A stretch of 64,000 bases of DNA from Pseudomonadota bacterium (GCA_021785515.1 JAJYEX010000004.1:79074-143073); one strand, 5' to 3'; positions 19,856 through 31,288 are shown, counted from the first letter of the stretch. Made by a program: numbers and translations. Notes: generated by a model from the sequence alone, not told the origin.

Positions 19856-20961
19856 TGGCGGCGATCATGGAACTGCGGGCTGCAGAGGATATTCGTTACG
19901 ACCGCGTACGGGCGGTGCAGTGGGAGGATGATCGGCTGCGCCTGATCGACCAGCGCCGCCTGCCTGGACACATGGAACACGTCACGCTTGCACATCTGTC
20001 CGAATGCATCGATGCGATCCGGGACATGGCGGTGCGCGGCGCCCCGGCGATCGGCATCACTGCGGCCTATGCGGTGGTGCTGGCGGCGCGGGATCGCTAC
20101 CGGGCCGATCCCCGCGGGTGGCGTGTGGCCTTGCGGCCGGATCTGGACGCCCTGGCCGCGGCCCGCCCGACGGCGGTGAATCTGCGCTGGGCCGTGGAGC
20201 GTATGCGACGGGTCATCGGTTCTGCCGGCGATGGCGATCCCGCGGGACTCCTGCTGGAGGAGGCGCGCCGCATTCACGCCGAGGATATCGCCGCCAACCA
20301 TCGCATGGGTGCTTTCGGCACAGCACTGATCCGCCCCGGAAGCAGCGTGCTCACCCATTGCAATACCGGCGCGCTTGCGACGGGCGGTTACGGGACGGCG
20401 CTCGGCGTGGTGCGTGCCGGCGTTGCCGCAGGCCGCATCGCCGGGGTATTCGCCGATGAGACCCGTCCCTGGCTGCAGGGCGCACGCCTTACGGCCTGGG
20501 AACTGGTGCAGGAGGGCATCCCGGTCACACTGATTGCCGAGGGTGCGGCCGCCCAGCTGATGAAGGAGGGACGCGTGCACTGGGTGCTGGTCGGCGCCGA
20601 CCGGATTGCGGCGAACGGTGACACCGCCAACAAGATCGGTACCTATGGCCTGGCGGTCAGCGCGCGTTACCACGGTGTGAAATTCATGGTTGTCGCTCCG
20701 ACCAGCAGCATCGACATGGGCATTGCCCAGGGCGGTGACATCCCGATCGAGATCCGCGACCCGGCCGAGGTCCTGTGCTGCGGCGGGACGCGCACTGCCG
20801 CGGAGGGCGCCGGCGCGTGGAATCCGGCTTTCGATGTCACTCCGGCTGACCTCGTCGATGCCATCGTGACGGAAGTAGGCGTGGTCGAGGCGCCGTCGGC
20901 TGCGAAGATGGCGGTGCTGGGACGGCAACGGACCGGGGTGGCTGGTGCTGCGGATGATTGA
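19855..20961 (+). CDS. mtnA: S-methyl-5-thioribose-1-phosphate isomerase MtnA
   Basis: ORF 19735..20961. The start is chosen at ATG 19855 ([37 protein letters not shown]). It has the eIF-2B/MtnA motifs [22 protein letters not shown] and [18 protein letters not shown]. Confidence 0.9.
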   Translation: MAAIMELRAAEDIRYDRVRAVQWEDDRLRLIDQRRLPGHMEHVTLAHLSECIDAIRDMAVRGAPAIGITAAYAVVLAARDRYRADPRGWRVALRPDLDALAAARPTAVNLRWAVERMRRVIGSAGDGDPAGLLLEEARRIHAEDIAANHRMGAFGTALIRPGSSVLTHCNTGALATGGYGTALGVVRAGVAAGRIAGVFADETRPWLQGARLTAWELVQEGIPVTLIAEGAAAQLMKEGRVHWVLVGADRIAANGDTANKIGTYGLAVSARYHGVKFMVVAPTSSIDMGIAQGGDIPIEIRDPAEVLCCGGTRTAAEGAGAWNPAFDVTPADLVDAIVTEVGVVEAPSAAKMAVLGRQRTGVAGAADD

Positions 20962-21186
20962 CGCCGGTCAGCAGATGTCGGTTAAGGAATCCAGGTCCCG
21001 GCCGCGGCGCGGGGCGGGGCGGTCACTGGAATTCTAGTCATGTCATTGCAATGCTTGCACACGAACTGATGCGCCGGCGGACATCGAACTGGTTTCTGTT
21101 CGGGCCACGACCACTCCGTTTCCGGGCAACTGGGTCCTAGGGACAGGAGATTTGCAGATGCGCGCCATCGGTTCCTCTTCGCGACA

Positions 21187-23940
21187 ATGGTTCACCGGTC
21201 GCCGTCCGCGGCACGCTCAGCCGGTGGGTGCATGCAGTCAGTCTGGTACGGGAACCCGGTGCCTGACGTGAACCGTGCCGAGGCTGCCGGGTTCGGTTCT
21301 GAAGTTTCCCGTTTTCTGGGGCTGACCGACGATGATTTCCTGCTGCTGGACCAATATCGCGGACTGATCGCCTGCGACGACCGGGCCCTGGCGCGCGACT
21401 TCTGCGGCCACCTGCAGCTGCAGGTGGCCGGGACTGCTGCGGCCGATAGCCGGTCGCAGACAGCGCTGGAGCAGCTCGCGCAGCAGCTAATCCGGCACAT
21501 GCAGGAACTGCTCAGCACGCGGTTCGGCACCGGCTGGACGCAGGGTATCAGCGAGCTGGGCCGGCTGCGCGACCGCCTCGGGGTGGAGCCCCAGTGGCTG
21601 GCGGGTGCCTACGTGGCGTGTTGGAGCCGCTGGGGGTCTGTGCTGGAACAGGATGTCCCGGGCCATGATCGCGCGCGGCTGCGGGACGTGCTGTTCCGGC
21701 TGATCATTGGCGATTTCATGGCGCAGCTCGGTGACCACGTCCAGACTGCCCGGGTAACCCATGACCAGCGCTTGCTGGTCTTCGATGCATTGCTGCGCGC
21801 GCTGTCGCATCCGGGGGTGGCTGAGGGTCCGGACGGCCATCTTCTGAACGAGATGTGCCGCGGGCTTGTCGTCTATGGCGCAGCGGCCTGGGCGGGTTAC
21901 GCTCTTCTCGACGATGATCAGTCGCTCACCGTCCGCTGCCTGAGCGGCGACACGCAGACCGATCTGCAGATTTCATTCAGCCCGCTGGACCCGTTCTGGG
22001 CCGCGGTCAAGCGTGGCGAATCCGTGGTGCTCGCCGTGGACGATCCGCAGGCACCGGCGTGGCTGCAGCAGATGCGCGGGGAGCTCTCGGAAATCGCCTG
22101 TCTGCCGTTTGGGCATGGCGCGCTGCGTGCAGTCGGACTGGTCGGGTCACGCGAACCGGGATTCTTCGACCGCGTGGGGCCGGCCTATTTTCTTGCATTC
22201 ATCCGTCTCGGGGATCTGGTGCTGAGGATGAGGGCGCAGTCCCTTGAAGATCCGCTGACCGGCCTGCCCAACCGGCGGTTTTTCTTCGAACGGCTGCGGC
22301 AGGCCCGTATCCAGAACGAACGGCGTGCGCGGCTGCTCGCCGTCGGCATGCTCGATCTCGACGGCTTCAAGCGCGCCAACGACCAGCTTGGACACGCGGC
22401 GGGGGACATTCTCCTGTGCCAGGCTGTTGGCCGTATGAGGCTCGCGCTGCGCGCGGGAGACACGCTGGCACGCATGGGCGGTGATGAGTTTGGTCTGCTG
22501 TTGCCCGATCTCGAGCGCATCGATGATCTGGAAGGTGTGTGCGAGCGCATCACCGAGGGCCTGCGGCGGCCGTTCAGCATCCATGGCGAGCTGGTTCGTA
22601 TCTCCTGCAGTCTCGGCTTCACGCTGCATCCCATGGATGATGGGGACGACGAGAGCCTGCTGCGGCATGCCGACCTCGCCCTGTATGCGGCCAAGGACCA
22701 GGGGCGCGACCAGTACCAGCTGCACACCTACAGTCTGGAAGCGCGGATCAGCGATGAGATGTCGGTGCGGGCAAAGGTGGACCTGGCCCTGCGCGAAGGA
22801 AGGCTGCTGCTGCATTATCAGCCGGTGGTGGCGCTGGACGGTCAGGGCGCGGTATCGGGCGTGGTGGGTTTTGAGGCCCTGCTTAGAATGGACGACGGCC
22901 AGGGAGAACTGCTGACGCCGGATCAGTTCGGTGGGGCGCTGGACCACGGGCGCCTCGGACGGGCCATAGGGCGATTCGTGCTGGAATCGGCGTTGGCCCA
23001 GGCAGAGGCCTGGTGCCGGCAGGGGCTGGACCTGCGTGTGTGCATCAACATCAGTGCGCTGCATCTGCTGGAACCGCGTTTTCAGGCGGATCTCGAGGAA
23101 GTGCTGGGTCGCCACCCCGATCTGGCGGCGCGCCAAATCGAGATCGAGATTACCGAGAGCGCGCCCTTGCGGGATTTCGAGGCCGCGCAGCGGGTTCTCG
23201 AGGCCTGCACGCGCCTTGGCGTGCGCATCTCGCTGGATGACTTTGGCACCGGCAACGCCTCGCTCGTCTACCTGCAGAAAATACCGGCCCACACCCTGAA
23301 GATCGATCGCTGTTTTGTGCGTGATGTGCTTGATGATCCGCGTGATCTGGCGATCGTTTCCGGCCTGATCATGACGGCGCGCATGCTCGGACTGGACGTG
23401 GTCGCGGAGGGCGTGGAGACACCCCGCCAGGCGGCCCTGCTTGCGGATATCCAGTGCGGCATGCTGCAGGGGTATTTCATCGCCAGACCCATGCCGCCGG
23501 AGGCGGTGCCGGAGTGGCTGCGGCGGCATCCGGCGGGCTCCGGCAGCCTCGCGCCAGCACCCGGGTTTCCGCCCCCTGCGCCCATCAGCTATGCCGCGGA
23601 CAGCATTTTCCGCGCGCATACCCATCGCGTGCACCAGTTCCTGGCGGCCCTGGACGGAAGGGAACCCTTTCCCGCGCTGGTGCTGGATGCCTATACCGAG
23701 GGCCAGTGCCATCTCGGTCGGTGGCTGGAGCATGAGGGGTACATGCGTTTTGGCCGCGATCCGGTCTATCCGGAACTGCGGGAGCGCCACGGCAGGGCCC
23801 ACGCCCTGGCCCGGGAGGCGCGGTCCTGTCTCGATGACGGGCGCGAGGCAGAGGCGTTGCGCTGCGGACAGCGGCTTCAGGCAGAGAACGATGCGCTGAT
23901 GGCGCAGTTGCGCACGCTGCTCGAGAACGGCGGCATCTGA
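21187..23940 (+). CDS. Multidomain c-di-GMP signalling protein: globin-coupled-sensor-like N-domain, probable GAF-like region, GGDEF, EAL, C-terminal CZB (zinc-binding) domain
   Basis: 917 aa with these parts: an N-terminal protoglobin-like block (LGRLRDRLGVEPQWLAGAY), GGDEF (RMGGDEFGLLLP), EAL (FEALLRM ... DDFGTGNASLVYL ... KIDRCFV), and a C-terminal CZB signature (HRVHQFL ... GQCHLGRWLEHEG ... LRERHGRAH). Confidence 0.85.
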   Translation: MVHRSPSAARSAGGCMQSVWYGNPVPDVNRAEAAGFGSEVSRFLGLTDDDFLLLDQYRGLIACDDRALARDFCGHLQLQVAGTAAADSRSQTALEQLAQQLIRHMQELLSTRFGTGWTQGISELGRLRDRLGVEPQWLAGAYVACWSRWGSVLEQDVPGHDRARLRDVLFRLIIGDFMAQLGDHVQTARVTHDQRLLVFDALLRALSHPGVAEGPDGHLLNEMCRGLVVYGAAAWAGYALLDDDQSLTVRCLSGDTQTDLQISFSPLDPFWAAVKRGESVVLAVDDPQAPAWLQQMRGELSEIACLPFGHGALRAVGLVGSREPGFFDRVGPAYFLAFIRLGDLVLRMRAQSLEDPLTGLPNRRFFFERLRQARIQNERRARLLAVGMLDLDGFKRANDQLGHAAGDILLCQAVGRMRLALRAGDTLARMGGDEFGLLLPDLERIDDLEGVCERITEGLRRPFSIHGELVRISCSLGFTLHPMDDGDDESLLRHADLALYAAKDQGRDQYQLHTYSLEARISDEMSVRAKVDLALREGRLLLHYQPVVALDGQGAVSGVVGFEALLRMDDGQGELLTPDQFGGALDHGRLGRAIGRFVLESALAQAEAWCRQGLDLRVCINISALHLLEPRFQADLEEVLGRHPDLAARQIEIEITESAPLRDFEAAQRVLEACTRLGVRISLDDFGTGNASLVYLQKIPAHTLKIDRCFVRDVLDDPRDLAIVSGLIMTARMLGLDVVAEGVETPRQAALLADIQCGMLQGYFIARPMPPEAVPEWLRRHPAGSGSLAPAPGFPPPAPISYAADSIFRAHTHRVHQFLAALDGREPFPALVLDAYTEGQCHLGRWLEHEGYMRFGRDPVYPELRERHGRAHALAREARSCLDDGREAEALRCGQRLQAENDALMAQLRTLLENGGI

Positions 23941-24230
23941 TTTTCAGAGGCCCGCAAGGCGGTACCGCCGCGGTCAGCCGCCGCCGTTTGGCGCAGTTTG
24001 CGCCACCGCCCCGGCATGACGTTACCGGATTGGACGGTGTACCGCCCGGTAACCGCATCCCGTGGTGCGCTGCGGATGCAGCCAAGAACCCTTCCGTGCT
24101 AAAATCGCCATTTTTTTGGACTGCCAAACCGGGCAGCGTCAGGCCGGGCCGAATGCACCAAAACAGCAAGCACAACAGCGCCCTGTCCGCAGGTCCCGGC
24201 TGAGTCAATGTCCCCATAGCGGCATCGAAA

Positions 24231-26807
24231 ATGGAACAATTCGCGAAAGAGACGATTCCTGTCAATCTTGAACAGGAGATGCGTCAGTCGTATCTCGATT
24301 ACGCAATGAGCGTGATCGTCGGGCGCGCCTTACCGGATGTCCGCGACGGTCTCAAGCCGGTGCACCGCCGCATACTCTATGCCCAGCACCAGGCCAACAA
24401 CGTCTGGAACCGTCCGTACGTCAAGTGCGCGCGCATCGTCGGTGATGTGCTCGGAAAATTCCATCCCCACGGCGACACCGCCACCTATGACGCGCTGGTG
24501 CGCATGGCCCAGGATTTTTCCATGCGCTATCTGCTCACCGACGGCCAGGGCAACTTCGGTTCGATCGACGGTGATCCGCCGGCCGCGTACCGCTATACCG
24601 AATGCCGCATGACCAGGCTGGCTTCGGAGATGCTGTCCGATATTGAGATGGAGACGGTCGATTTCGTGCCGAACTACGACGGCAAGGAATTTGAGCCGGT
24701 GGTGCTGCCCACGAGATTGCCGAACCTGCTGGTGAACGGGTCCTCGGGCATTGCGGTAGGCATGGCCACGAACATTCCTCCGCACAATCTCGGCGAGATT
24801 GTCGATGCCTGCCTCGCGCTGATCGACGACGAGAACATCAGTCTGGACGGACTGATGAAGTACGTGCCCGGCCCGGACTTCCCGACGGCCGCAATCATCA
24901 ACGGCAGCGCCGGCATACGCGAGGCCTACCGCACCGGCCGCGGCAAGATCTACGTGCGTGCGCGGGTGTCGATCGAGAGCGATGACAAGCGCGGCCGCCA
25001 GTCGATCATCGTGACCGAGCTCCCGTACCAGGTGAACAAGGCGCGGCTGCTGGAGAAGATCGCCGAGCTCGTGAAGGACGACAAGCTTGGGGGGATTTCG
25101 GAGCTGCGCGACGAGTCGGACAAGTCCGGAATGCGGATGGTGATCGAACTGAAGCGCGGCGAAGTCGCCGACGTCGTGCTCAACAATCTCTATCAGCACA
25201 CAGCGCTGCAGAGCGTGTTCGGCATCAACATGGTGGCCCTCGACGGCGGTCAGCCGCGACTGCTCAACCTGAAGGAAATCATCGAGGCGTTCGTGCGCCA
25301 CCGCCGCGAGGTGGTCACGCGGCGCACGCTGTACGACCTGCGTAAGTCGCGCGAGCGCGCCCATATCCTGGAGGGGCTGGCGGTTGCGCTGGAGAACATC
25401 GATGCCGTGATCGCCCTGATCCGGGCGGCGGGCGATCCGGCGGCCGCCAAGGTGGCGCTGATCGAACGGGCCTGGCCTGCGAAGATGGTGGCCGGCATGC
25501 TGGCGCAGGCCGATGCCACCGTATCGCGACCGGCGGGACTGGATGCGGCCTTCGGGCTTCAGGCAGAGAGCTATCACATGACGGAGGTTCAGGCGCAGGC
25601 GATCCTGGATTTGCGCCTGCACCGCCTTACGGGACTCGAGCGCGACAAGATCCGCAGCGAGTACGAGGAGGTCCTGGGGAAGATTCGGGACCTGCTGGAG
25701 ATTCTGCAGAGTCACGAGCGGCTCATGCAGGTCATCCGCGACGAGCTGGGTGCGTTGCGCGCGGACTATGCGGACGCACGCCGCACCGAGATTCAGGAGA
25801 GCCAGGTCGATCTCAGCCTCGAGGACCTGATCGCCGAGGAGGATGTGGTCGTCACGCTTTCGCATGCGGGTTATGTGAAGGCGCAGCCGCTCGACGATTA
25901 TCGTGCCCAGCGGCGCGGCGGACGCGGCAAGTCCGCCACCGCCATGAAGGAAGAGGATTTCGTCGACAAGCTGTTTATCGCCAATACCCACGACACCATT
26001 CTGTGTTTCTCCAATCGCGGCAAGGTTTACTGGCTGAAGGTGTATGAGATTCCGCAGGCCGGTCGCGGGGCCCGGGGCAAGCCGATCGTCAATCTGCTGC
26101 CGCTTGAGGAAGGCGAGCGCATCAACGCGATTCTACCGGTACGGACTTTTGAGGAAGGGAAGACGGTCTTCATGGCGACGTCCGACGGCACGGTGAAGAA
26201 GACGGCCCTCAGCGAATTCTCCAGGCCGCGTGCGAGCGGCATAATCGCGGTCGATCTTGTCGGCGGCAACTGTCTGATCGGCGTCGGTCTGACGGACGGC
26301 AGCTGCGACATTCTCCTTTTCAGCACTGCCGGGAAGGTCATTCGCTTCGGCGAGGCGGATGTGCGGGCCATGGGCCGGGCGGCGCGCGGCGTGCGCGGTA
26401 TCGCGCTGCCAGAGGGCCAGAAGGTGGTGTCGCTGATTATTGCAGGCGCCGCCGAGGCCGAGGCCGCAGTCCTGACGGCAACGGCCCGCGGTTACGGCAA
26501 GCGCACACCGCTGTCCGAGTACCCGCGCCACGGCCGCGGTGGCCAGGGCGTGATTTCCATCCAGGCAAACGGACGCAACGGGGCGGTGGTGGGCGCGACC
26601 CTGGTGCGTGCCGACGAGGAGGTCATGCTCATCACTGACGCCGGCACGCTCATTCGCACGCGCGCCAGCGAGATTTCTGTGGTCGGACGCAACACCCTCG
26701 GCGTGCGCCTGATCGGGCTGGGCGAGGGCGAGACGCTTGCCGGTGTTGAGAAGGTAGCCGAATCCGAAGGCGAGGATGGCACGAAAGATCAGCCGCAAAA
26801 CCCCTAA
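24231..26807 (+). CDS. gyrA: DNA gyrase subunit A
   Basis: 858 aa with [28 protein letters not shown], the QRDR region [14 protein letters not shown] and the active-site AAYRYTE. Confidence 0.97.
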   Translation: MEQFAKETIPVNLEQEMRQSYLDYAMSVIVGRALPDVRDGLKPVHRRILYAQHQANNVWNRPYVKCARIVGDVLGKFHPHGDTATYDALVRMAQDFSMRYLLTDGQGNFGSIDGDPPAAYRYTECRMTRLASEMLSDIEMETVDFVPNYDGKEFEPVVLPTRLPNLLVNGSSGIAVGMATNIPPHNLGEIVDACLALIDDENISLDGLMKYVPGPDFPTAAIINGSAGIREAYRTGRGKIYVRARVSIESDDKRGRQSIIVTELPYQVNKARLLEKIAELVKDDKLGGISELRDESDKSGMRMVIELKRGEVADVVLNNLYQHTALQSVFGINMVALDGGQPRLLNLKEIIEAFVRHRREVVTRRTLYDLRKSRERAHILEGLAVALENIDAVIALIRAAGDPAAAKVALIERAWPAKMVAGMLAQADATVSRPAGLDAAFGLQAESYHMTEVQAQAILDLRLHRLTGLERDKIRSEYEEVLGKIRDLLEILQSHERLMQVIRDELGALRADYADARRTEIQESQVDLSLEDLIAEEDVVVTLSHAGYVKAQPLDDYRAQRRGGRGKSATAMKEEDFVDKLFIANTHDTILCFSNRGKVYWLKVYEIPQAGRGARGKPIVNLLPLEEGERINAILPVRTFEEGKTVFMATSDGTVKKTALSEFSRPRASGIIAVDLVGGNCLIGVGLTDGSCDILLFSTAGKVIRFGEADVRAMGRAARGVRGIALPEGQKVVSLIIAGAAEAEAAVLTATARGYGKRTPLSEYPRHGRGGQGVISIQANGRNGAVVGATLVRADEEVMLITDAGTLIRTRASEISVVGRNTLGVRLIGLGEGETLAGVEKVAESEGEDGTKDQPQNP

Positions 26808-26819
26808 GGTGAGATTCAC

Positions 26820-27905
26820 ATGACCAGAGTGTTCAATTTCGGTGCGGGACCCGCGGCGTTGCCGCTGGCGGTACTGGAGCGCGCGCGCGATGAGCTTGTC
26901 GATTGGCGCGGATCGGGCATGTCGGTGATGGAGATGAGCCATCGCGGCAAGGAATTCATTGGAATCGCGGAGAAGGCCGAGCACGACCTGCGGGATCTGC
27001 TGGGCATTCCGCCGGAGTACAAGGTGCTGTTCCTGCAGGGTGGTGCCACCGCGCAGTTTGCGATGGTTCCGATCAACCTGCTGCGGGGCCGGACGACAGC
27101 TGACTACATCAGCACTGGCGAGTGGTCAAAGAAGGCGATTAAGGAGGCCGGGAAGTTCTGCAAGGTGAACGTGGCGGCGAGCGCCGAGGCATCGAAGTTC
27201 ACCACGGTTCCGGCGCGCAGCGAATGGCGCCTCAACCCGGATGCCGCCTACGTGCATTACACGCCCAACGAGACCATCGGCGGTGTGGAATTCCACGCGG
27301 TTCCGGAGGTCGGGCAGGCGGTACTGGTGGCCGATATGTCATCCACCATCCTGTCGCGGCCGATCGACGTGCGCCGTTTCGGGCTGATTTACGCCGGGGC
27401 CCAGAAGAACATCGGGCCGGCGGGCCTTACGATCGTGATCGTGCGCGAGGACCTGCTCGGACAGGCGCTGGCGGGTGCGCCGACGATGTTCGATTACAAG
27501 GTGCAGGCGGATAACGGCTCGATGTACAACACCCCGCCGGTTTACGCCTGGTACGTTGCCGGCCTGGTGTTCGAGTGGCTGAAGGAGCTCGGAGGCCTGC
27601 GCGCGATGGCCGAGATCAACGAGCGCAAGGCCCAGAAACTCTACACTTATATAGACAGCAGCAACGGTTTCTACCGTAACCCGGTCGAGCGGACCTGCCG
27701 CTCGTGGATGAACGTGCCGTTCACGCTGATCGACGCGGCGCTCGATGATGCCTTCCTCAAGGGCGCGAAGGCCGCTGGCCTGCTCCAGCTCAAGGGGCAC
27801 CGTTCGGTCGGTGGAATGCGCGCCAGCATCTACAATGCCATGCCCGAGGCCGGCATCGATGCGCTTATCCACTACATGCAGGAGTTTCGCAACCGGCAGG
27901 GTTAA
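26820..27905 (+). CDS. serC: 3-phosphoserine/phosphohydroxythreonine aminotransferase SerC
   Basis: 361 aa with [27 protein letters not shown] and [12 protein letters not shown]. Confidence 0.95.
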   Translation: MTRVFNFGAGPAALPLAVLERARDELVDWRGSGMSVMEMSHRGKEFIGIAEKAEHDLRDLLGIPPEYKVLFLQGGATAQFAMVPINLLRGRTTADYISTGEWSKKAIKEAGKFCKVNVAASAEASKFTTVPARSEWRLNPDAAYVHYTPNETIGGVEFHAVPEVGQAVLVADMSSTILSRPIDVRRFGLIYAGAQKNIGPAGLTIVIVREDLLGQALAGAPTMFDYKVQADNGSMYNTPPVYAWYVAGLVFEWLKELGGLRAMAEINERKAQKLYTYIDSSNGFYRNPVERTCRSWMNVPFTLIDAALDDAFLKGAKAAGLLQLKGHRSVGGMRASIYNAMPEAGIDALIHYMQEFRNRQG

Positions 27906-27910
27906 CCGAC

Positions 27911-29074
27911 ATGTTCAAGATCCTGGTTCTTAATAGTATCTCCGCGCACGGACTGGAGCGGTTGCCGCCGGCGCGCTACCAGATCGGTGATGATATCGCG
28001 GAGCCGGATGCCATCCTGCTGCGTTCGCACAAGCTCCACGGCATGAACTTCGCGCCCGGCCTCAAGGCCGTGGGTCGGGCCGGCACCGGGGTGAACAACA
28101 TACCGGTGGACGCTCTCAGCCGCATGGGGGTACCGGTGTTCAACGCCCCCGGTGCCAACGCCAATGCCGTCAAGGAACTCGTGGTGGCGGGCCTGATTCT
28201 TGCCTTTCGCCACGTGTGCGAGGCGTGGGACTTTGCGCGCAGCCTGCAGGGTACCGATGCCGAGATCAGCAAGTCGGTGGAGGCCGGCAAGAAAAAGTTC
28301 GCCGGTTTTGAGCTGCCGGGACACACGCTCGGGGTGGTCGGCCTCGGGGCGATCGGTCGCTCCGTCGCCAATGCGGGTCTGGCCCTGGGCATGGACGTCA
28401 TCGGCTTCGATCCGGGGCTGACGGTTGAAGGCGCGTGGCAGCTGTCGTCGAGGGTGAAGAAGGCGGCGAGTGTTGAAGAACTCTTGCGCGCCTCGGATTT
28501 CGTGAGTTTCCATGTGCCGCTCGTCGACGCCACTCGCCATATGGTCAACCCCGCGCGGCTGAAGATCATGAAGGACGGTGTGGTGATCCTGAATTTCGCG
28601 CGCGAGGGTATCGTCGATGACGTGGCGGTGAGTGCTGCCATCAAGGCTGGCAAGGTGTACGGCTATGTCAGCGATTTTCCGACCAACCTGATGAAGAATC
28701 ATGAACGGGTGATCACGCTGCCGCACCTGGGAGCGTCCACTTCGGAGGCCGAGGACAACTGCGCCGTGATGGTTGCCGATCAGGTCCGTGACTTTCTGGA
28801 GAATGGAAACATCCTCAACGCGGTAAATTTTCCGGATGTGGTCGTTCCGCGCGAATCTGATCACCGCCTGGTGGTGGCCAACGCCAACGTACCGAACATG
28901 CTTGGGCAGATCTCCACCGTCATGGCCGATTCCCGCCTCAACATACACGAGATGGTCAACCGCTCGCGCGGCGATCTGGCGTACACGGTGGTGGACACAG
29001 ACAGTCCGGTACCGGAGGCGGTGCGTGGCAGGATCGCCGCCATCGAGGGCGTCATGATGGCGCGCATCATCTGA
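27911..29074 (+). CDS. D-3-phosphoglycerate dehydrogenase-like 2-hydroxyacid dehydrogenase with C-terminal ACT domain
   Basis: 387 aa with the NAD motif GVVGLGAIGRSVA, the catalytic region HLGASTSEA and an ACT-like tail. It lies between serC and pheA. Confidence 0.8.
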   Translation: MFKILVLNSISAHGLERLPPARYQIGDDIAEPDAILLRSHKLHGMNFAPGLKAVGRAGTGVNNIPVDALSRMGVPVFNAPGANANAVKELVVAGLILAFRHVCEAWDFARSLQGTDAEISKSVEAGKKKFAGFELPGHTLGVVGLGAIGRSVANAGLALGMDVIGFDPGLTVEGAWQLSSRVKKAASVEELLRASDFVSFHVPLVDATRHMVNPARLKIMKDGVVILNFAREGIVDDVAVSAAIKAGKVYGYVSDFPTNLMKNHERVITLPHLGASTSEAEDNCAVMVADQVRDFLENGNILNAVNFPDVVVPRESDHRLVVANANVPNMLGQISTVMADSRLNIHEMVNRSRGDLAYTVVDTDSPVPEAVRGRIAAIEGVMMARII

Positions 29075-29084
29075 ACGCGCCGGC

Positions 29085-30173
29085 ATGGCCATGAAAGACG
29101 ATCCGCGTCTGCGGGACCTGCGCAAGCGTATAGACGACCTGGATGCACGCATCCAGGAGCTGGTGGCGGAACGTGCCCGTTGCGCCCAGCAAGTAGGCGC
29201 GCTCAAGCAGCAGAACGGGTCGCAGAATCTCTACCGGCCGGAGCGCGAGGCGCAGGTGCTGCGTCAGGTAATCGAACGCAACCGGGGGCCGCTGGCCGAC
29301 GAGGAGATCGCACGCCTGTTTCGCGAGATCATGTCGGCCTGTCTGGCGCTCGAATCTCCGCTGCAGGTTGTGTTTCTCGGTCCGGAGGGAACCTTCACCC
29401 AGGCGGCGGCGCTCAAGCATTTCGGGCACTCGGTGCGCATCCGGCCGCTTGCTGCCATCGGCGAGATTTTCCGCGAGGTCGAGTCCGGCGCGGCGGATTT
29501 CGGGGTGGTGCCAATCGAGAACTCCACGGAAGGTATCGTCAATCATACTCTCGACATGTTCATGAACTCGGCCCTCAAGATTTGCGGCGAGGTGGAGCTG
29601 CGCATCCACCACCATCTGCTCGGCCTGGGCGATGGCCTGGAAGGGAGGAGGCGGGTCGTATCGCATCAGCAGTCACTCGCCCAGTGCCGGGGATGGCTGG
29701 ACGCGAACCTGCCTGGCGTTGAACTGGTGGCTGTCGCGAGCAACGCCGAGGCGGCGCGTCTGGCAGCCGCGGACCGGACCCTGGCCGCGATCGCCGGCGG
29801 GGCGGCCGGCGAGATTTACGGCCTGCAGAAGCTGGCTTCGAACATCGAGGATGAGCCCGACAACACTACCCGTTTTCTCGTGATTGGCAGGATCGACACA
29901 CAGCCGAGCGGGGACGACAAGACCAGTCTGATGCTGTCGGGGCAGAACCGCTCGGGTGCGCTTGCCGGCCTCCTGGGTCCGTTGGCGCGCCACGGGATCA
30001 ACATGACCCGCATTGAATCGCGTCCGGCGCGCACCGGCCTGTGGGAGTATGTGTTTTTCGTGGACATTGTCGGTCACGCGCATGACGAACACGTGCAGGC
30101 TGCGATCAGCGAGATTGAGCGCGAGGCGGCTGTCGTCAAGTTTCTGGGTTCCTACCCGAGGGCGGTGCTGTGA
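29085..30173 (+). CDS. pheA: Bifunctional chorismate mutase / prephenate dehydratase (P-protein)
   Basis: 362 aa with an N-terminal CM helix (LRDLRKRIDDLDARIQELVAERA), PDT (VVPIENSTEGIV, TRF) and ACT (ESRP). Confidence 0.92.
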   Translation: MAMKDDPRLRDLRKRIDDLDARIQELVAERARCAQQVGALKQQNGSQNLYRPEREAQVLRQVIERNRGPLADEEIARLFREIMSACLALESPLQVVFLGPEGTFTQAAALKHFGHSVRIRPLAAIGEIFREVESGAADFGVVPIENSTEGIVNHTLDMFMNSALKICGEVELRIHHHLLGLGDGLEGRRRVVSHQQSLAQCRGWLDANLPGVELVAVASNAEAARLAAADRTLAAIAGGAAGEIYGLQKLASNIEDEPDNTTRFLVIGRIDTQPSGDDKTSLMLSGQNRSGALAGLLGPLARHGINMTRIESRPARTGLWEYVFFVDIVGHAHDEHVQAAISEIEREAAVVKFLGSYPRAVL

Positions 30174-31288
30174 ACGGGGGGCTGCGGATGTGCGACCTGG
30201 CGGTGCCCGGTGTCCGCGGGCTCGAGCCGTACCAGCCAGGCAAGCCGGTCGAGGAGCTTGAACGGGAATACGGGGTACGGGATGCCATCAAGCTTGCGTC
30301 GAATGAGAATCCCCTGGGCCCCAGTCCGCGCGCGCTGGACGCCCTTGCGCGGGCGCTGCCCGGGATCGCGCGTTATCCGGACGGCGGGGGGTTTGCGCTC
30401 AAGCACGCCATTGCCCGGCGCCACGCAGTGGCCCCGGAATGCGTCACCATCGGCAACGGTTCCAATGACATTTTGGAGCTGGCGGCGCGCTGTTTTGCCA
30501 CCACTGGAGATGAGGTGGTGTTCTCACAGCACGCCTTCGCAGTCTATCCCATAGTGACCCAGGCGGTGGGCGCGCGCGCGACGGTCGTGCCGGCGCGCAA
30601 CTGGGGTCATGATCTCGATGCCATGCTGCGTGCTATGAACGAGCGCACCAAGCTCGTATTTATCGCCAACCCCAACAACCCAACCGGCACGTGGATCGGG
30701 CGGAAAGCGCTCGACCGTTTTCTCGCAGCGGTTCCGCAGCGGGTGATCGTGGTACTGGATGAGGCCTATTTCGAGTACGTGGAGGAGCCGGATTACCCGA
30801 ACGGCATGGAATGGATCGGCAGGTATCCGAACCTTCTGGTCGCGCGCACGTTTTCGAAGGCCTACGGGCTTGCCGGTTTGAGGGTCGGTTTCGGGGTCTC
30901 GGACGCCGCACTGGCGGATCTGTTGAACCGTGTGCGCCAGCCCTTCAATGTGAGCAGCCTGGCGCAGGCCGCAGCGGTGGCCGCGATCGAGGACAGCGAT
31001 CATCTGGAGCGTTCGCGCCAGGTGAACCGTGAGGGCATGCGCCAGCTCATCGACGGCTTTCGTGCGCTGGGTCTTGGCTATATCCCGTCGGTGGGCAATT
31101 TTCTGAGCGTCGAGCTGCCGCTGGCAGGCCGTGCAGTGTACGAAGGGCTGCTGCGCGAGGGGGTGATCGTGCGGCCGGTGGCCAACTACGGAATGCCGCA
31201 CCATCTGCGGGTTACGGTGGGGCTGCCGCAGGACAACAGCCGTTTCCTGCAGGGGCTAAAAAAGGTGCTTGCCACCGCACAGTCCTAG
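30170..31288 (+). CDS. hisC: Histidinol-phosphate / aromatic aminotransferase HisC
   Basis: 372 aa. The GTG at 30170 overlaps the pheA stop (GTGA); an alternative ATG lies at 30188. Motifs are KLASNENPLGP, NPNNPTG and TFSKAYGLAGLRVG. Confidence 0.9.
   Translation: MNGGLRMCDLAVPGVRGLEPYQPGKPVEELEREYGVRDAIKLASNENPLGPSPRALDALARALPGIARYPDGGGFALKHAIARRHAVAPECVTIGNGSNDILELAARCFATTGDEVVFSQHAFAVYPIVTQAVGARATVVPARNWGHDLDAMLRAMNERTKLVFIANPNNPTGTWIGRKALDRFLAAVPQRVIVVLDEAYFEYVEEPDYPNGMEWIGRYPNLLVARTFSKAYGLAGLRVGFGVSDAALADLLNRVRQPFNVSSLAQAAAVAAIEDSDHLERSRQVNREGMRQLIDGFRALGLGYIPSVGNFLSVELPLAGRAVYEGLLREGVIVRPVANYGMPHHLRVTVGLPQDNSRFLQGLKKVLATAQS

Noticed and set aside
24330-25991. 553-aa minus-strand ORF opposite gyrA. 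Similar long antisense ORFs: 22147..23802, 27902..29206, 32442..34103, 34702..36039, 36342..37439, 39120..40991.
   Set aside because: All lie antisense to genes with unmistakable conserved motifs. They have no recognisable motifs and show Arg/Pro/Ala/Gly-biased composition, so they are GC-driven open frames rather than genes.
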